64,000 bases of DNA, from NCBI RefSeq assembly GCF_009834535.1, contig NC_045697.1:40922001-40986000 (forward strand). Direction: 5' to 3'. The translations under genes and the position numbers were made by a program. Shown here one piece after another: positions 37,301 through 49,694 of this stretch; within the stretch, counting starts at the first letter, position 1, and each line of letters begins with the position of its first letter. The stretch comes from Camelus ferus (lineage: Eukaryota). The notes under the pieces are model-generated. The model saw only the letters and a program-made list of their open reading frames with translations, searched no databases and was not told where the DNA came from.

Positions 37301-40300
37301 CTACAAACTGATGGGACTCCATGTCTACCCCTACCCATCATACAGGCTTACTCGTCCACAAAAAAGGGCGTACCAGGTTGTATATACTTCCAAGAAAGTA
37401 CAGTCTCCAAGTGCTTTAGATCAGGATTTAGAAACTAAAGCCATAATCTGTAAGTATTTCACATTAAAGAAAGCAAGTCTGTTACAATTTCCACAAAGAC
37501 TAGTCAATGTATCTGTTGTGCTTACAGATTCCAAAGGAAGCACACACTGATCTGAGTGGAGGGATAGCATATGCCCTGTTTTAACTGATGCTGCATTTTT
37601 AACTGACTGCCTCTTTCTCCCCATCTCTGAAAACACAAACCAAATATTCACTGTTTTCAAAATATTTACCCAAAATCTAATTTGTAAAACTTAGGCAACT
37701 GACCTTTCAATTCAATGTCTTCCATATCTAGCAGAAGAAAGCAACCACAAATCAAAACAAAATTATCAATCTTCTACTTTTAGGTTTTACAATGAAGGAG
37801 TGAAATATGCAGCCTCAATTTATGAAAGTTCACAAGCCAAGAAACACTTAAGTAGTCCCTCCCTCATTCAAAGTACTTCTAGCTCATGCAGGAGATACTA
37901 AAAATGTGAGACAATTATCTTAAGGAACCAACTACAGAGAAGAAATACACATGAAAAATTAGTCATACACCACTCATCAATATCAAATGAAGAATATATC
38001 ACCTTATAACAATACCAAATAATGAGAGAATAGTGCCATGGTCAGCTCATGTATTCACTCTCAGTGCTACAAAATTCAGTTTCATTTAAGTTCCCCTCTA
38101 CCTTTTTCACTAAAAAAAAAAAAAAAAAAGTAAACAATGCACAAGGAAACTCCTGTGGTTAGAACAGACTGACTTATGAATCCACTGAGTCCAACAATTT
38201 AAATTAATTTTTCCAAGAGCAGAGAGATGCTACCTCTCTGCTCTTGAAACAATGAGGGACATGTGGGCAAGATTTTACTAACCTTGATTATATATCATAG
38301 GTGATGGTCCCATTTCTCTTAGCACTACTCAGAGTAATATGGCCCAGCTTTGAGATTTCCCTGAAATCCAAAAATATCTGCAATCTTCTCCATACATTCT
38401 TTCTTTGGATCTCAAAGGTTACCTACTCTCCCACAAACACAATGTCTGAATGAACATGGACCATAGTCCAGCTACACCTAAAGAAAATGGGCACTTGTGA
38501 GATACACTCCCAGAATGCAGACTTGGAAAACAACAGACTACCATGGCCTTGTGGCTTTGTTCCTAGTTCAAGGGCACATATGAAGGCCAGGTAAAAGAGC
38601 GGAATATGTATGGTCCTTCAATTTCAATTACTGGCAAATTGAATTACCACACACATGATAACTCAGATTTTTACATCTTGTAGCCAAGTCCTTTTAGCAG
38701 AAATTGCTTTTCGTGCATTTATATGGAGGCTTTGCAGCTCCCTCTTAACACCCCATCTCAGCATTAAAGAGGCAGCCTGGAAGTAAGGAAATGCTGCAGA
38801 GCAGCTCAGGACTCAAGCACTGCTCTACCCATGTGACCTCAGGCAAGAACAAGGCTGGCTGGGCCTCAGTTTCCTTTAAAAAAAAAAAGTGAAAAACAAA
38901 AGTACTTACCTATTTAAGTGACTGAGAATAGTCAAAGAGGTAATTCAATTACAGCCGCTGTGCCTGGCACACAGCAGTGTCCAATTTAGCTATTACCTCA
39001 TTTGAGTCTTAATTAGTTTAAGGGCGAAGACATTGAAATCACTCACACCTGAGTTCAAATCTCAGCCTTATATTACTGAGCTCTGTTGTATAGTCTTTAA
39101 TTTCTTAGATCGTGGTATTTTAATCTGTGGTTTTGATGCCATGGATCCCTTTGGCAGTTAAATTTCAGTAAAGCTTAGCAAAAAATAAAGATGCAACTTT
39201 TGTTTCTCATCCTAGTTTTCCTACTACCTGGTTCCAAGAACCTTTTAGAGCAACCAGTAAAACAGGGGCAGGGATAAACCACTGAGTTCAGAGGATTAAA
39301 TATATACACAGAAGGTGCTATACAGTGAAGTTCTTTTTCTTCCTAGAAAGTTCTATACCTTAGGAAAAAATTTCAAAGTCTCATCAAGTTCAAGCTTCAA
39401 CATTAAAGCATTGATTTCTTTGAGTGATCCATCTAGGTCTTCAGATGTGAAATGTGTTTAGCCTTATAAGATTTCCCCCAAATCACTATGTTACATCAGA
39501 GAGCAAAACTGAGGAGCCCTATTATTTTAAATGTAACACAAAGTGCTTTCTAGTAAAAGTTAAAGTTAAAGAACGTATAGGCAAGTTCTAAGCTTCCCTT
39601 AGCACCAACTGCTGTCACGACTAACATTCAATTACACACAACAGTCTGAATCTCATAAGAATCACGACAAATGCCTTGTCATCACTCTTAAGCGCTCATT
39701 ACCATAAAAAAATAATAATAATAAAGCAACAAACCATGGAAAGCCAGGGCTCGAGGTTCTTATAACAGCGTTCCTGACAGCAACTGCAGTTCATTATCCT
39801 CTCCCTTCACCAACCCCAGTACGTTCCTGGTCTTTGCCTACTCAGCAAATTCAGGCAAGCTGTGCCGTTTTATGTGCAATCGTACATTTTGGCAGTAAAA
39901 TTTCCAGTCACTTACCAGGCAAATTCCCAGTCACCTCCGTCGAGGCGAACTGTTTTACATTAATTAATTTCTAAAATTCTGCTCAAGGCGTTAGCGGGAA
40001 AAAAAAAATCAAGAGAACCAAAGGAAAGTGCACAAAGAAACTAAAGGACAATTTGGGTAAAGGCAGACAAGTTAAGTCAACTTGATTACTCTGAAAATAA
40101 TTATTTTTGGAAGACAAGAGAAATTTAACTTTAATCTGAACTTGAACTCAACCCCTCTCCTCTCCTCTGCAGAAAACTGTCTCGGATGTTCTCCAAACTG
40201 TTTTTTATCTGACATAATGAACCACAGCATCAGGAATGACGAGAAAGCAATGACAAAGCTGCTTCCTGCCCGTCTTCTTCGCAGCACCCCAAGCCTTCGC

Positions 40301-40365
40301 CCGCAACCTTCAATCTCCCCGAGCCACTAACACATTCTAAAAGTTTCTCTCGGTGCCTGCCTTAC

Positions 40366-40382
40366 CTTGACTGGGCTGCCAT
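40366..40382 (-). CDS. AFF1: AFF1 first coding exon of the internal-promoter isoform (M-A-A-Q-S-[S])
   Basis: Minus strand reads ATG GCA GCC CAG TCA AG|gtaagg, a canonical phase-2 donor. This ATG has A at -3 and G at +4; a weaker tandem ATG sits at 40385-40383. Joins the 7601 exon in frame to give [16 protein letters not shown], the known AFF1 N-terminus. Confidence 0.93.
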
Positions 40383-40800
40383 CATTCAGTTTATAGAGCT
40401 CAAGGTCTCCTGTCCATGAGCGCCTTCAACCCGCGGCCCTTGTGCCAGCGCCGCGCTCACCATTTGCCGGGGCCGGGCGGGGACGCTTCCCCAGCGCGAC
40501 TCCCCGATGTTACGGGACTACCTGCTCCCGAGCCCGGGCGTCCTCAGCGCAGCCTCCGGCTCCGACCGTATTGGCTCACGCTAATCCTGATGGACATCCG
40601 GGCACTGGGGCCTCTGCGGGCGAACTACACTTTGGACGGCCCCGGGTAGCGTCGCGTCCGAAACCAGAGTGAGCGCGATCCCTCCGGGCGATTCCAGAGA
40701 AGGGAAACCAAAGGGGTCCGCGCGCAAAGCCCACCAGCGCACAGCTCCCGCCGAGCGGCACTTGAACTCAGGTCCGCGTCAGAAGAGAAAAGAAATCGTC
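40383..40800 (-). other. AFF1: Probable 5' UTR of the AFF1 first exon; TSS inferred near 40.8 kb
   Basis: Contiguous with the coding start and resembles my recollection of the human AFF1 short-isoform leader. The TSS cannot be fixed from sequence alone. Confidence 0.55.
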
Positions 40801-41060
40801 CTCTGGCTGACATAAAGTTGCCCGAGTTTGCCTAAACACCCCCGTCAAGAAAGTTCTGGTGGTACGGTCCGCCTCCTTAAAAGGGCACGGCGCTCGGCTG
40901 GCCTGGGCCGGAGGCTGCGCCGGGCGGGGGCGCCGACGCTGCCCAGCTGGCTCGATCGCGGCCCGGCCCCGCCTGCAGGCTCCTGGCTAAGGCTCTCTTG
41001 CCAGGTTTTAACAATGTACAAACACACACCGCCGGAACACACAGTACCCGGCTGCTCAGA
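40410..41060. promoter_or_regulatory. CpG island / internal AFF1 promoter and 5' leader
   Basis: Abrupt GC- and CpG-rich block in an otherwise CpG-depleted window, adjoining the first coding exon. GC box GGGCGGGG at 40475-40482 and CCAAT on the minus strand at 40570-40574. Confidence 0.88.
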
Positions 41061-41563
41061 ACTCCAGCTCCAATTTGATTATTTGTTGAATATTGGGCCC
41101 CGAGAGGCTGCAGGGAACAAGGAATAAAACCAACGCAGGAAACCACGTTCGCTACTTTTGACCATTCCAAAGCTTGCAGTCAGGAAATGTGCAACTAACG
41201 CACACTTGTTTGACTTTGTTCGCTTTCAGTTTTGATTTCGTTACACTGAAGCAAGTATTTACAAAACGCCCTCTCCTTTATTGGACAACATGCAGATTAC
41301 AAAGGAAACAGTAACTCATGTGGTACTTAAAGAAGTAAATAAGGAACTGACAAATTCTTAGAACATTACCAAGAATGCAAACCAACAAAATATTAAACAC
41401 AGTAAAGTACAAACGAAATCGTGTCCTACTAAGGGGACCAGGGAAGGCATTTAAATTTAAACTGTGCCTAAGGCTAAGCAAGAAAAAACGTAGGTGGACA
41501 GGAAGGAGGTTGTGCTTCAGCATCTCAAGGGGACCAGTACCACACTCTAGGAGCTGAGAACTC

Positions 41564-41614
41564 CTTTTTTTAATATATTTTTTAAACTTTTTTTTTTTAA
41601 TTGAGTTAATAGTC
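41564..41614 (-). mobile_element. Extremely 5'-truncated L1 (last ~16 nt plus A tail) with a 15-bp TSD
   Basis: TSD aggagctgagaactc at 41549-41563 and 41615-41629. Insert reverse complement GACTATTAACTCAATT plus A-rich tail matches the L1 terminus GACTATAACTCAAT at 441-454. Confidence 0.8.
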
Positions 41615-41830
41615 AGGAGCTGAGAACTCTTAGATGAATGCTGAGTGAATGTCTGCCCTGTGGACTCCCCATTCTACCTACAATCATGACAATGTCACCA
41701 TCTCACAGAGATACTCCAGACCTTATTACTAAGAAGCCAAGGGATACAGACAAGCTGACGTCTGCAAGAAAACTGCAAAGCTGTGAGGTTGGGGGCTGGA
41801 GGGTAGGAGGAAGGCCCAAAGCATCTCTAT

Positions 41831-43260
41831 CAGTGGTTCTCAAAGTGTGATTGGTGGACTCCTGGGAGTTCCCAAGACCTTCCTAGAGGTCAGAACTATT
41901 TTTAGGATAACACAAAGACATTATTTGTCTTTTTCACTGTGCTGACATTTGCACTGATGGTGCAAAAGCAATCGTGGGCAAACTGCTGGCGCCTTAGCAC
42001 TAATCAAGGCAGTGGCAGCAAAAAGAACTAGTGGTCACTGCACTCTTCACTACCACACATTAGCAGTTAAAAACAAAAGAGCCAATTTCCTTTATGAATG
42101 TCCTTAATGAAGCGAGAAGTAGGAATTACTACTTTATTAAATCTTGACCCTTGAGGGCAGGTCATTTTGATGTTCTCTGTGACAAAATGGGAAGTACACA
42201 AGAGGCACTCTACTGTCAGAGTGAAGTACAGTGGTTGTCTAGAAGAAAACACTTGTGTAATTGAGTTGCGAGCTGAACTAGCTATTTTTTCATGGACTAC
42301 CATTTCTACTTGAAAGAACAATTGACAAACTGTGGTTATTCTGACTTGGGTATTTGGCAGTCATTTTCTCAAAAATGAACAAAGTGAGTCTGTTTCTTCA
42401 AGGAAAACTGACCGTATTTATTGCCAATGATAAAATTTGAGGTTTCAGGCATTTTGGAAAATTTGACATCTGCCACCCTGAGCTTGACAGCTTCCCAATT
42501 CTTAACAACTTTCCTGATGAGGTAAGTACGGTAATGAATATGATTTTAGAAGATCTGCATAACTTAGTAACCAATATTTTCAAAACAGTACAAAATCATG
42601 CATGGGTAAAAAGATCCATCCAAAGTGCAAGACAGACCAAAGGATTTTAATATGTCAAATTAAAAAAAAAAAAAAACCTCAAGATATGATTTCAGATTCC
42701 ACATTGCAACTAACCTTTAAGAAACTATGACTTGTGGAGTTTTGATACAATATCCCAAAAAGGTATTAAAATACTCTCCTCTTTTTTGTATGAGTCTGGA
42801 TTTTCATCACAGATTTCAGCCAAAATAACATTGCAACAGATTGAATACAGAAGCAGATATGAGAATCCAGCTGTCTTTTATTAAGCTAGACAGTAAAGAG
42901 ATTTGCATAAATGTAAAACTACCACTCCTCTAATTTTTTTTTTTTTTTTTTTTTTTTTTTTGGTGGGGGAGGTAGTTAGGCTTATTTATTTATTTAATGG
43001 AGGTACTGGGGATTGAACCTAGGACCTCATGCATGCTAGGCATGTGCTCTACCACTGAGCTATACCCTCTCCTCTTCCTCTAATTTTTTTTTTTGGAAAG
43101 TTTTTTTTTAAGTAAAAATATAATTTATGTTAACAGGGAATAGGTTTCTTATTTTAAAGAATTCAATATTTTAGATATCTCAATTTTCATTTCTAATACA
43201 GCAAGTATCAATAGATAAAACCAACATATACAAAAACTCTTTGGGGTCCTCAATAATTTG
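41831..43260. mobile_element. Charlie1-type (hAT) DNA transposon relic, interrupted by a SINE
   Basis: Begins with the hAT TIR cagtggttctcaaagtgtg, contains degraded transposase-like sequence (tttgcactgatggtgcaaaagcaat...) and ends near tttggggtcctcaataattt. Confidence 0.8.
42935..43075 (-). mobile_element. tRNA-Ala-derived SINE with long poly(A), nested in a Charlie1-type element
   Basis: Long T run plus reverse SINE head; tcctctaatttttt repeated on both sides (from 42926 and from 43076). Confidence 0.9.
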
Positions 43261-43399
43261 GAAATGCAGAATCAGTCCATGTCACTTGCTGATATTTCCA
43301 CATCTCCCTGACCTCTTCACATTCATCACGGCTTCCCTTATATTAAAATGTAGCATTATAATATCAGCTATTCCTGTATAACCTATTAGCTCCTAGATC

Positions 43400-43552
43400 A
43401 GCTTTGGCAAAATGTCAGATCACCTGTGGCATGTATTAAAAACAGACTCCAAAACTACTGAATCAAAATCCTTGTGGGGTGAGGTCTCAGGGATACACAC
43501 TTCAACAAACTCTCCAGCTAATACCTGTCTGCTTAAATGTGAGAACCACTTT
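43400..43552. mobile_element. MER5-like MITE
   Basis: cagatcacctgtgg...ctactgaatcaaaatc...aacaaactctccag...gagaaccact. Confidence 0.55.
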
Positions 43553-45164
43553 CCTAGAGTATGTGTATTTAGATAATAATGTTGAACTTTTGATTCAGTA
43601 TTGGTTTATAATCCTTCAATCATTTTAAGGATCATGGTTGGAAAGCATTTATTTTTAAACATTAAAAGATCTCTATCAGACAATAAAATATCACTGCACG
43701 TATATATTCTTTTGCAATAAGAGAGTAATAAATCTTGAACGAAACAAACTATAAATTTAGGCAAAATCTACTCCCCCCAAATTTTTGCTTGCAATTTCCC
43801 CCATCTTTCTCTTGTTGTTCTAAATACCAACTATGATCATTTATGCTTTAAATTGATATCAGACATATAAGTAAGCTGAAACAATATTGCACAATAGCAT
43901 TTATCATAAATTTTCCAGGTTAGAAATGTAACATCACTTACATTAAAAATACAGTTTTCCCTCTGTGAACTGTGTTAATGGTTCTGACACCAAAGATAGG
44001 AAAGAATACAGCAAATATTTACACAAAAGGAAGTAAGAAATCAACTGCAGATCAAGATTACACCTGAGATTCCCCAGGCTCTTAAGATCATTTGTAATGT
44101 AAATTAGTGAAGGTAATTTGAAACAGAAATGGGATTACACTCGATTTGTCACAGATCTAAAAATACTAGAGGAAAGTGCTGGAGAAATTACTCTGGAACT
44201 GGATACCGCATGTGGCTGCAGAGAGAGGTACAGCAGGATACACATGGGCGTTATTATCTCCGAGTGTTTTGAAAACATCAAGGTATCCGACCCAGTCTTG
44301 TTCAGCAAAGAAACTGAACAAAAAGACATTCTTAACCTTTTGGGGGCACCTAATTTTTTGGCTTTCTGATGAAATTTGAGGATAAAGGCCCATGAACATA
44401 ACATTTGCTCTACTTGGATGTGATTCGTGATTCCCCTGCAGCCCACCTAGGAAGAACCTGAGGCTCTGTAGGCTTCAAATGGTAAATCTCTGGACCCTAG
44501 GGTATGTTCAAACTGGACCAGCTAATGGACTCAACTTACCTTCCAAATAAGGGGTTGATCTTCACTGCCCCTTTAAAAAGTTGGAACTGTCTTAGTAATT
44601 GCCCAGTTCAGTGAAGAATTTCTAACAAAAGCAATGGAAAGAGGCATACCTGTCTCGCTGCTAGATGGAACTCTGCCTAGTAAGGCCAATCTGAAATAAA
44701 ATCTTCAAAAATTGGAAAGAATGGAAAGATACTACATGACAGCAAAACATCATCTACACATCCAAATCCCAAGTTTCTCAGAACAGTGATAATACGCTAA
44801 TCAGTTCCCCATTTCCTGAATTCACTAATCCTTCCATGACCAAGTATGCTAACACCAAAAAAGTAAGGTATACAATTTAATAAATGGGGCAGAATTTATA
44901 AGGTGAGTGCGACAGACTAGTTTACTACCTGAAACGGGTTCCTGAATCACAAGAGTGCCTTTTTATTAGCTCTTTAAATTAATGAGCTTTACAAATGACA
45001 CTTGCACACATGTAGTGGCAATAATACATGGCCTATGCAACAACACACCTTAAGTACAATTACGAATGTGCACTAGAATTGTTATCCAAGAGTGAAAACA
45101 GGATAGTCTTTCAAGTGCTCCATCATTTATTTGGCAAAATACAGACGGACATATGTTAAAAATA

Positions 45165-45312
45165 TGTTTATATTTTTAAATTTTGGGGGGTGGGGGGAGG
45201 TAATTAGGTTTATTTAGTATTTATTTATTCTTAGAGGAGGTATTGGGGATTGAACCCATGTCCTCATACATACTAAGCATATACTCTACCCCTTGAGCTA
45301 TACCCTCCTCCC
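45165..45312 (-). mobile_element. tRNA-Ala-derived SINE
   Basis: ggggaggtaattaggtttattta...ggggattgaacccatgtcc...gagctataccctcc. Confidence 0.88.
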
Positions 45313-46509
45313 AAATTTTTTTTAAGTGATAGGTGGCAAACTCTTTCTAACATACCTTAGTTTAAATTTAAAAGAAACATTTTTTTTCCAACAAGTTGTC
45401 TTAATCATAACTCTTAAATACCATTCAATGTATGCATTTGGTCTACAATAGTCACTCAATGATTCTACTCTTTAGTGGCATTTTTAGTCTAAAAATTACA
45501 CAGGTCAAATCTAAGAATTTTTACTTCATTTCAATGGGATGTTGTTTGATGAGGACACTGCAAAAATGACTTCACCCAAAGAAAGGTGCTTAAGGTGCCA
45601 CTGGATGAACTCAAATAAATCAGACACAGGAAAAGGGAGGCGAGATGAGCGGAGAGACAAAGGAGGAGAAATAAGATGAGGGAGGGCAGAGACAGCAGGG
45701 AAAACTGGGCAATAAGCATCGCTGGAAATTAACTGGCTTCCCCTTCAGCTGTGACCTCAACACAGAGCAGATGCTCCTTCACTGGTCCTGAGCAGGTCCT
45801 GTCTGTCCCCAGGCACTCTTCCGAGCTTTACTCCACACTTTTCAGGTCCTCTAACATGGCCTTCAAACTAGAGGAACATGGAAGTTCTCAAGAGGTAAGA
45901 GGGCAAAGGTTTGAAGTAAATTATTTCCAGGTCCTTCTTTCCCAAAACAAGGGCTCAGGCTTTCCTCCCACTTCCCGCTTGCCTTTCCCCACTTGAGTAA
46001 GACAAGCAGGCCTCTCACGCACCCCAAATCAGTCTTAGAAGCTTACACTGCTCCCGGGTGCAAGTGCCTCTGGGGCCCCAGAGGAACAGTTCTATGTGGA
46101 GGACAATCCCTGAGCTCAAATCAAGAAATACTCCTCATTAGAGACGTCCAGGTAACCAACCTGCAGCAAGGTCCGTGCCCCACTGATCCAGCTACAGGTT
46201 AGAATCAAGAAATGCGGTGGAAGGTTTTCTCTGATGGGATTCAGCTGATGGGTTGAGAATGCTGACTTGCAGTTTTTCAACATGCTTTTGGGGGAGCACA
46301 CAAGCAAAAATGTTTAAAGACTTCTGCTCAATTTCACCTCTTCCTTCACGGCATGTCTTTATTTCTGGTCTACACCTTTCCACATCTTCCTCTATTTGTG
46401 CACAGACAAAACATCCCTCCTCCCCTCCCCATCCATACCAGTGACTTATTCTCAGCCTACAAACTCAAGTTTACCCAATCCTGCTCCCTCGTCCCAACAG
46501 ACACTTTTT

Positions 46510-47230
46510 TAAAACAGTCTTTTTATCTTGGAATAATTTTAGATTTACAGAAAAGTTACAAAGAATTCTCATATACCACCCCAGCCAGTTTCCCCATTTT
46601 CACATCCTATAGTACCATTTGTCATTTGTCAAAACTGGGATATTCACATTGGTATATTACTATAAGCTAAACTCCAGACTTTATTTTGATTTCACCAGTT
46701 TTTCCATTAATGTCCTCTTTCTGTTCCAAGATCCAATGCAGGGTATCACACATTGCACTGTGTGACAGCTTCTCAGTCTTTCCTGGTTTTTTATGACCTG
46801 GATAGTTTCAAAGAGTTCAGGCCAGGTGTCCTATAAAATGTCCCCCATCTGGGTTTGTCTGATGTTTTTCCCTTCAGTGGAGGGAGGGAACTGTGTTCCA
46901 CCTCCTGTAGGGTGGTAGTATCCACACATTGTATTTCTCTAAGAAAGATTTGCTTCTCCATTTATTATTCAGTCATTTATTTATACCAGTATGGCATATG
47001 CTTACATATGTATTTTACTCTTTGGGCTATAATTCAATACTACATGCTTTCTTTCGTTGTTCAGATTATTCCAGCCGTGGCCCCTGGGCACTCTCTCCCG
47101 TCAGCGCCTTGTCCCTTTGACTTGCTGTGGTCCTTCTGTCTTTTGAGCACTTCCTTACTTTCTGGTACAAGATGCTCCAGGCTCATCTCCTGTTTTCTCT
47201 ACCACGGTTCTTGAAGCAGCTGTTTCTCCC
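46510..47230 (-). mobile_element. Old L1 (L1MC/MD-like) 3' region
   Basis: tggaataattttagatttacagaaaagtt...aactccagactttatt...ttttgagcacttccttactttctggtacaagatgctccaggctcatct. Confidence 0.75.
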
Positions 47231-49628
47231 ACATATCACTCTTCTCTCCTTAGAAGCTACTGCCCAAACTCCTTCTGCCATCACAGCCAAAATTCCTAAA
47301 TGAAGAGTGTCTGCCTCCTTTGCAACACCAGTGCCCACCTTCCTTGAAGCTCTTCTCTGTGGACTTCTATGACACTGATCTATTTTGGTCTGGGGTAGGG
47401 GGTCATTTTGTTTCGGAATTCTTTCTGCTCACACATACAGGATTCACTATAAAATGCTGGAAAACTTCCCTTATCTCTCAGTCCATATGCTGTCTCGGGC
47501 AACATCAGTAACCCTCTAGAAGTGTAACTCCAGCCCAAACCTCTCCCCACAACTCCAAGTCCCTTCTTTCCACCTGCCCAAAAACACATTCCTGGATGTG
47601 AAAAGGTACTTGGCGGTTGTCCAAAATGGATCATTTACTTAGTGAAAAGTATGTCACCCTGGAGATGCCAAGAGCCACCCATCTCATTCACTCTCAGTTG
47701 CTGCTTGGGTCTGCAAAGGGTGGTTTCTCCATAGATGGAGGGGACAATGTCCAAAGGAGGAATGGGGGAGGGGGAGGTAAGCTGGTTCCATTCTTGGGAA
47801 TAAAAGCAGAAGACAAAATTCAAAGAGGGCTTCCAATTAGCAGATCAGGAGGGGTGTGGGTAACACAAAACTAAAAAATTCCACTATCTTTATCATGTGT
47901 GCAACTGTAATGATCAGTGATAAACCTCTTAAAATAAGATCTGCCTCCTTAAGTTTTTTACTAGTAAAAACCAGGGAGTGTGCACAATAATGAGTGTGCA
48001 GGTAAGTGTGCAGGGTAGTGATGCCTTTAAAATGGAAAGGCAAACAGGTTAGGGAAAGAGATAAAAAAAATCAGCCTGAGAAATGGCCCCAGGCCAGGCA
48101 GTAACCCCCAGCAACTCAAACTCAAGGGGCCAGAATTAATGTGGCTCCAACCAACTCCTCTCCCCGAGTCCCGGTCACCAATCACGAAAACTAAAGACCA
48201 GTCACTCCTTTTCCTGGCTCTTCCTGCACATGTAATCATCACCCAAATCCCTAAGGTCTCTTGAGATAGTAAAAGTGCAGGAGTGTGGGAGTTGGAGATC
48301 TTACTTGAAATACTTCTCTGTTTTTCTGAATTTATACAAATAGTCTCAAGTTGCTTTTTCTCTCCCCAGGTTGAATATGCTTTCACCCTCTTGTTACATA
48401 AAAATATTTTATGATATGGAAAGATATTACAGCATAAGTTTAAAAAAAAAAAGTAATTGCTATACAGTGCATTTGTTATGAACCCACTTCATCAAAATTG
48501 AATTAATTGTGTGTATTAAAGAAATTGACTGGACCTGTGTACCAAAGTGCTAGCCATAGATATTCTTGGAAGGAAGGATCAAGTGACTTATTCTGGGCAT
48601 TTAAAAATGTTCTAAGTATTATAAAATGAACACTTGTCTGAAATTTACAATTTTTACAATTGTGATAATTTACAATTACTGTAGAAAATAAAACTATAAC
48701 CAAATCTTAGCTCTAGAAAGGAGACCAAGATCATCTAATCCACTTCTCCATGCAAGAATGCTCTCTGCCTAGACTGGCCCGTTTGTGTATCTCCAGGGAC
48801 ATCTGTTGTAATTACAAGCCAGCCCCTTCCACCGCTGGCCAGAGACAGAGCTCAAAAGTTCTGTGCTCCATAGAGTTCAAACTGGCTTCCCTGCAGCCGT
48901 CATCCCTTGGTTCTACTTTTGCCCTCTTGTTGCTAACACAGCCGTCCCCCTTTCCTATGCTGTTTCATGGTGCACCCTGTACTATCCTTTCCCCTTATAC
49001 CTATGCATGTTTTTATTTTTAAACACATCTATTGGAAGCAGATTATTGTGTTGGGTAAAACCCAGCCTGCTGGATCGCTGCCTGGTAGGTTTGATCATTT
49101 ATTTTAATTATTGATATGGTCTGGGTTTAAGTTCCATCAAGTTGTTGTATGTTTTCCTTTTGTGTCTTTGGGTTCCTCAGTGGCTCCATTCCTGCATTCT
49201 TTTGCAGACTTTCAGGCCCCACCCAAACCTACAAAAGCAGAAACTTTCCGGGTGTGGTCCAACAATTAGAGTTTCAACAAGCCTTCCAGGTGATTCTGTT
49301 TTACAGTAAAGTTTAGAAACCACCGCTCTAGGGCTAACAGTATGCAACCTTAACTTACCAAATTGTATATAGAGTCAAAATTGTACCAATTCACTGACAT
49401 TTCCAACATCTCATTCCTCTTGGAAATTAAAAATGATCATAAGGTCTTCCATTTTTTCTAGAACCCCTCCCATTCTCTGAATTCAGGTTCTTCTTCATAC
49501 ATCATTACACTTTTTCAATAGGTTAGTAAGAATTATTTCCCTTGCCAACTCTCCCCCAACTCAGCCTTCAACCCCACTGCCAGAACATAGAATATACTGT
49601 TCCTAAAATACACATCAGATGTTACTCT

Positions 49629-49694
49629 GAAAAGAAAAGGAAAGAAAAGAGGAAAGAAAAGAAAGAGGGAGGAAAGGAAGAAAAAGAAAAAAAA
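49629..49694 (+). repeat. 66-nt pure polypurine (GA-rich) tract
   Basis: gaaaagaaaaggaaagaaaagaggaaag...aaaaaaaa contains only A and G. Confidence 0.9.

Noticed and set aside
40416..41170. Several 60-99 aa ORFs across the CpG island
   Set aside because: Expected from stop-codon scarcity in GC-rich DNA; Arg/Pro/Gly/Ala-rich with no recognisable homology.
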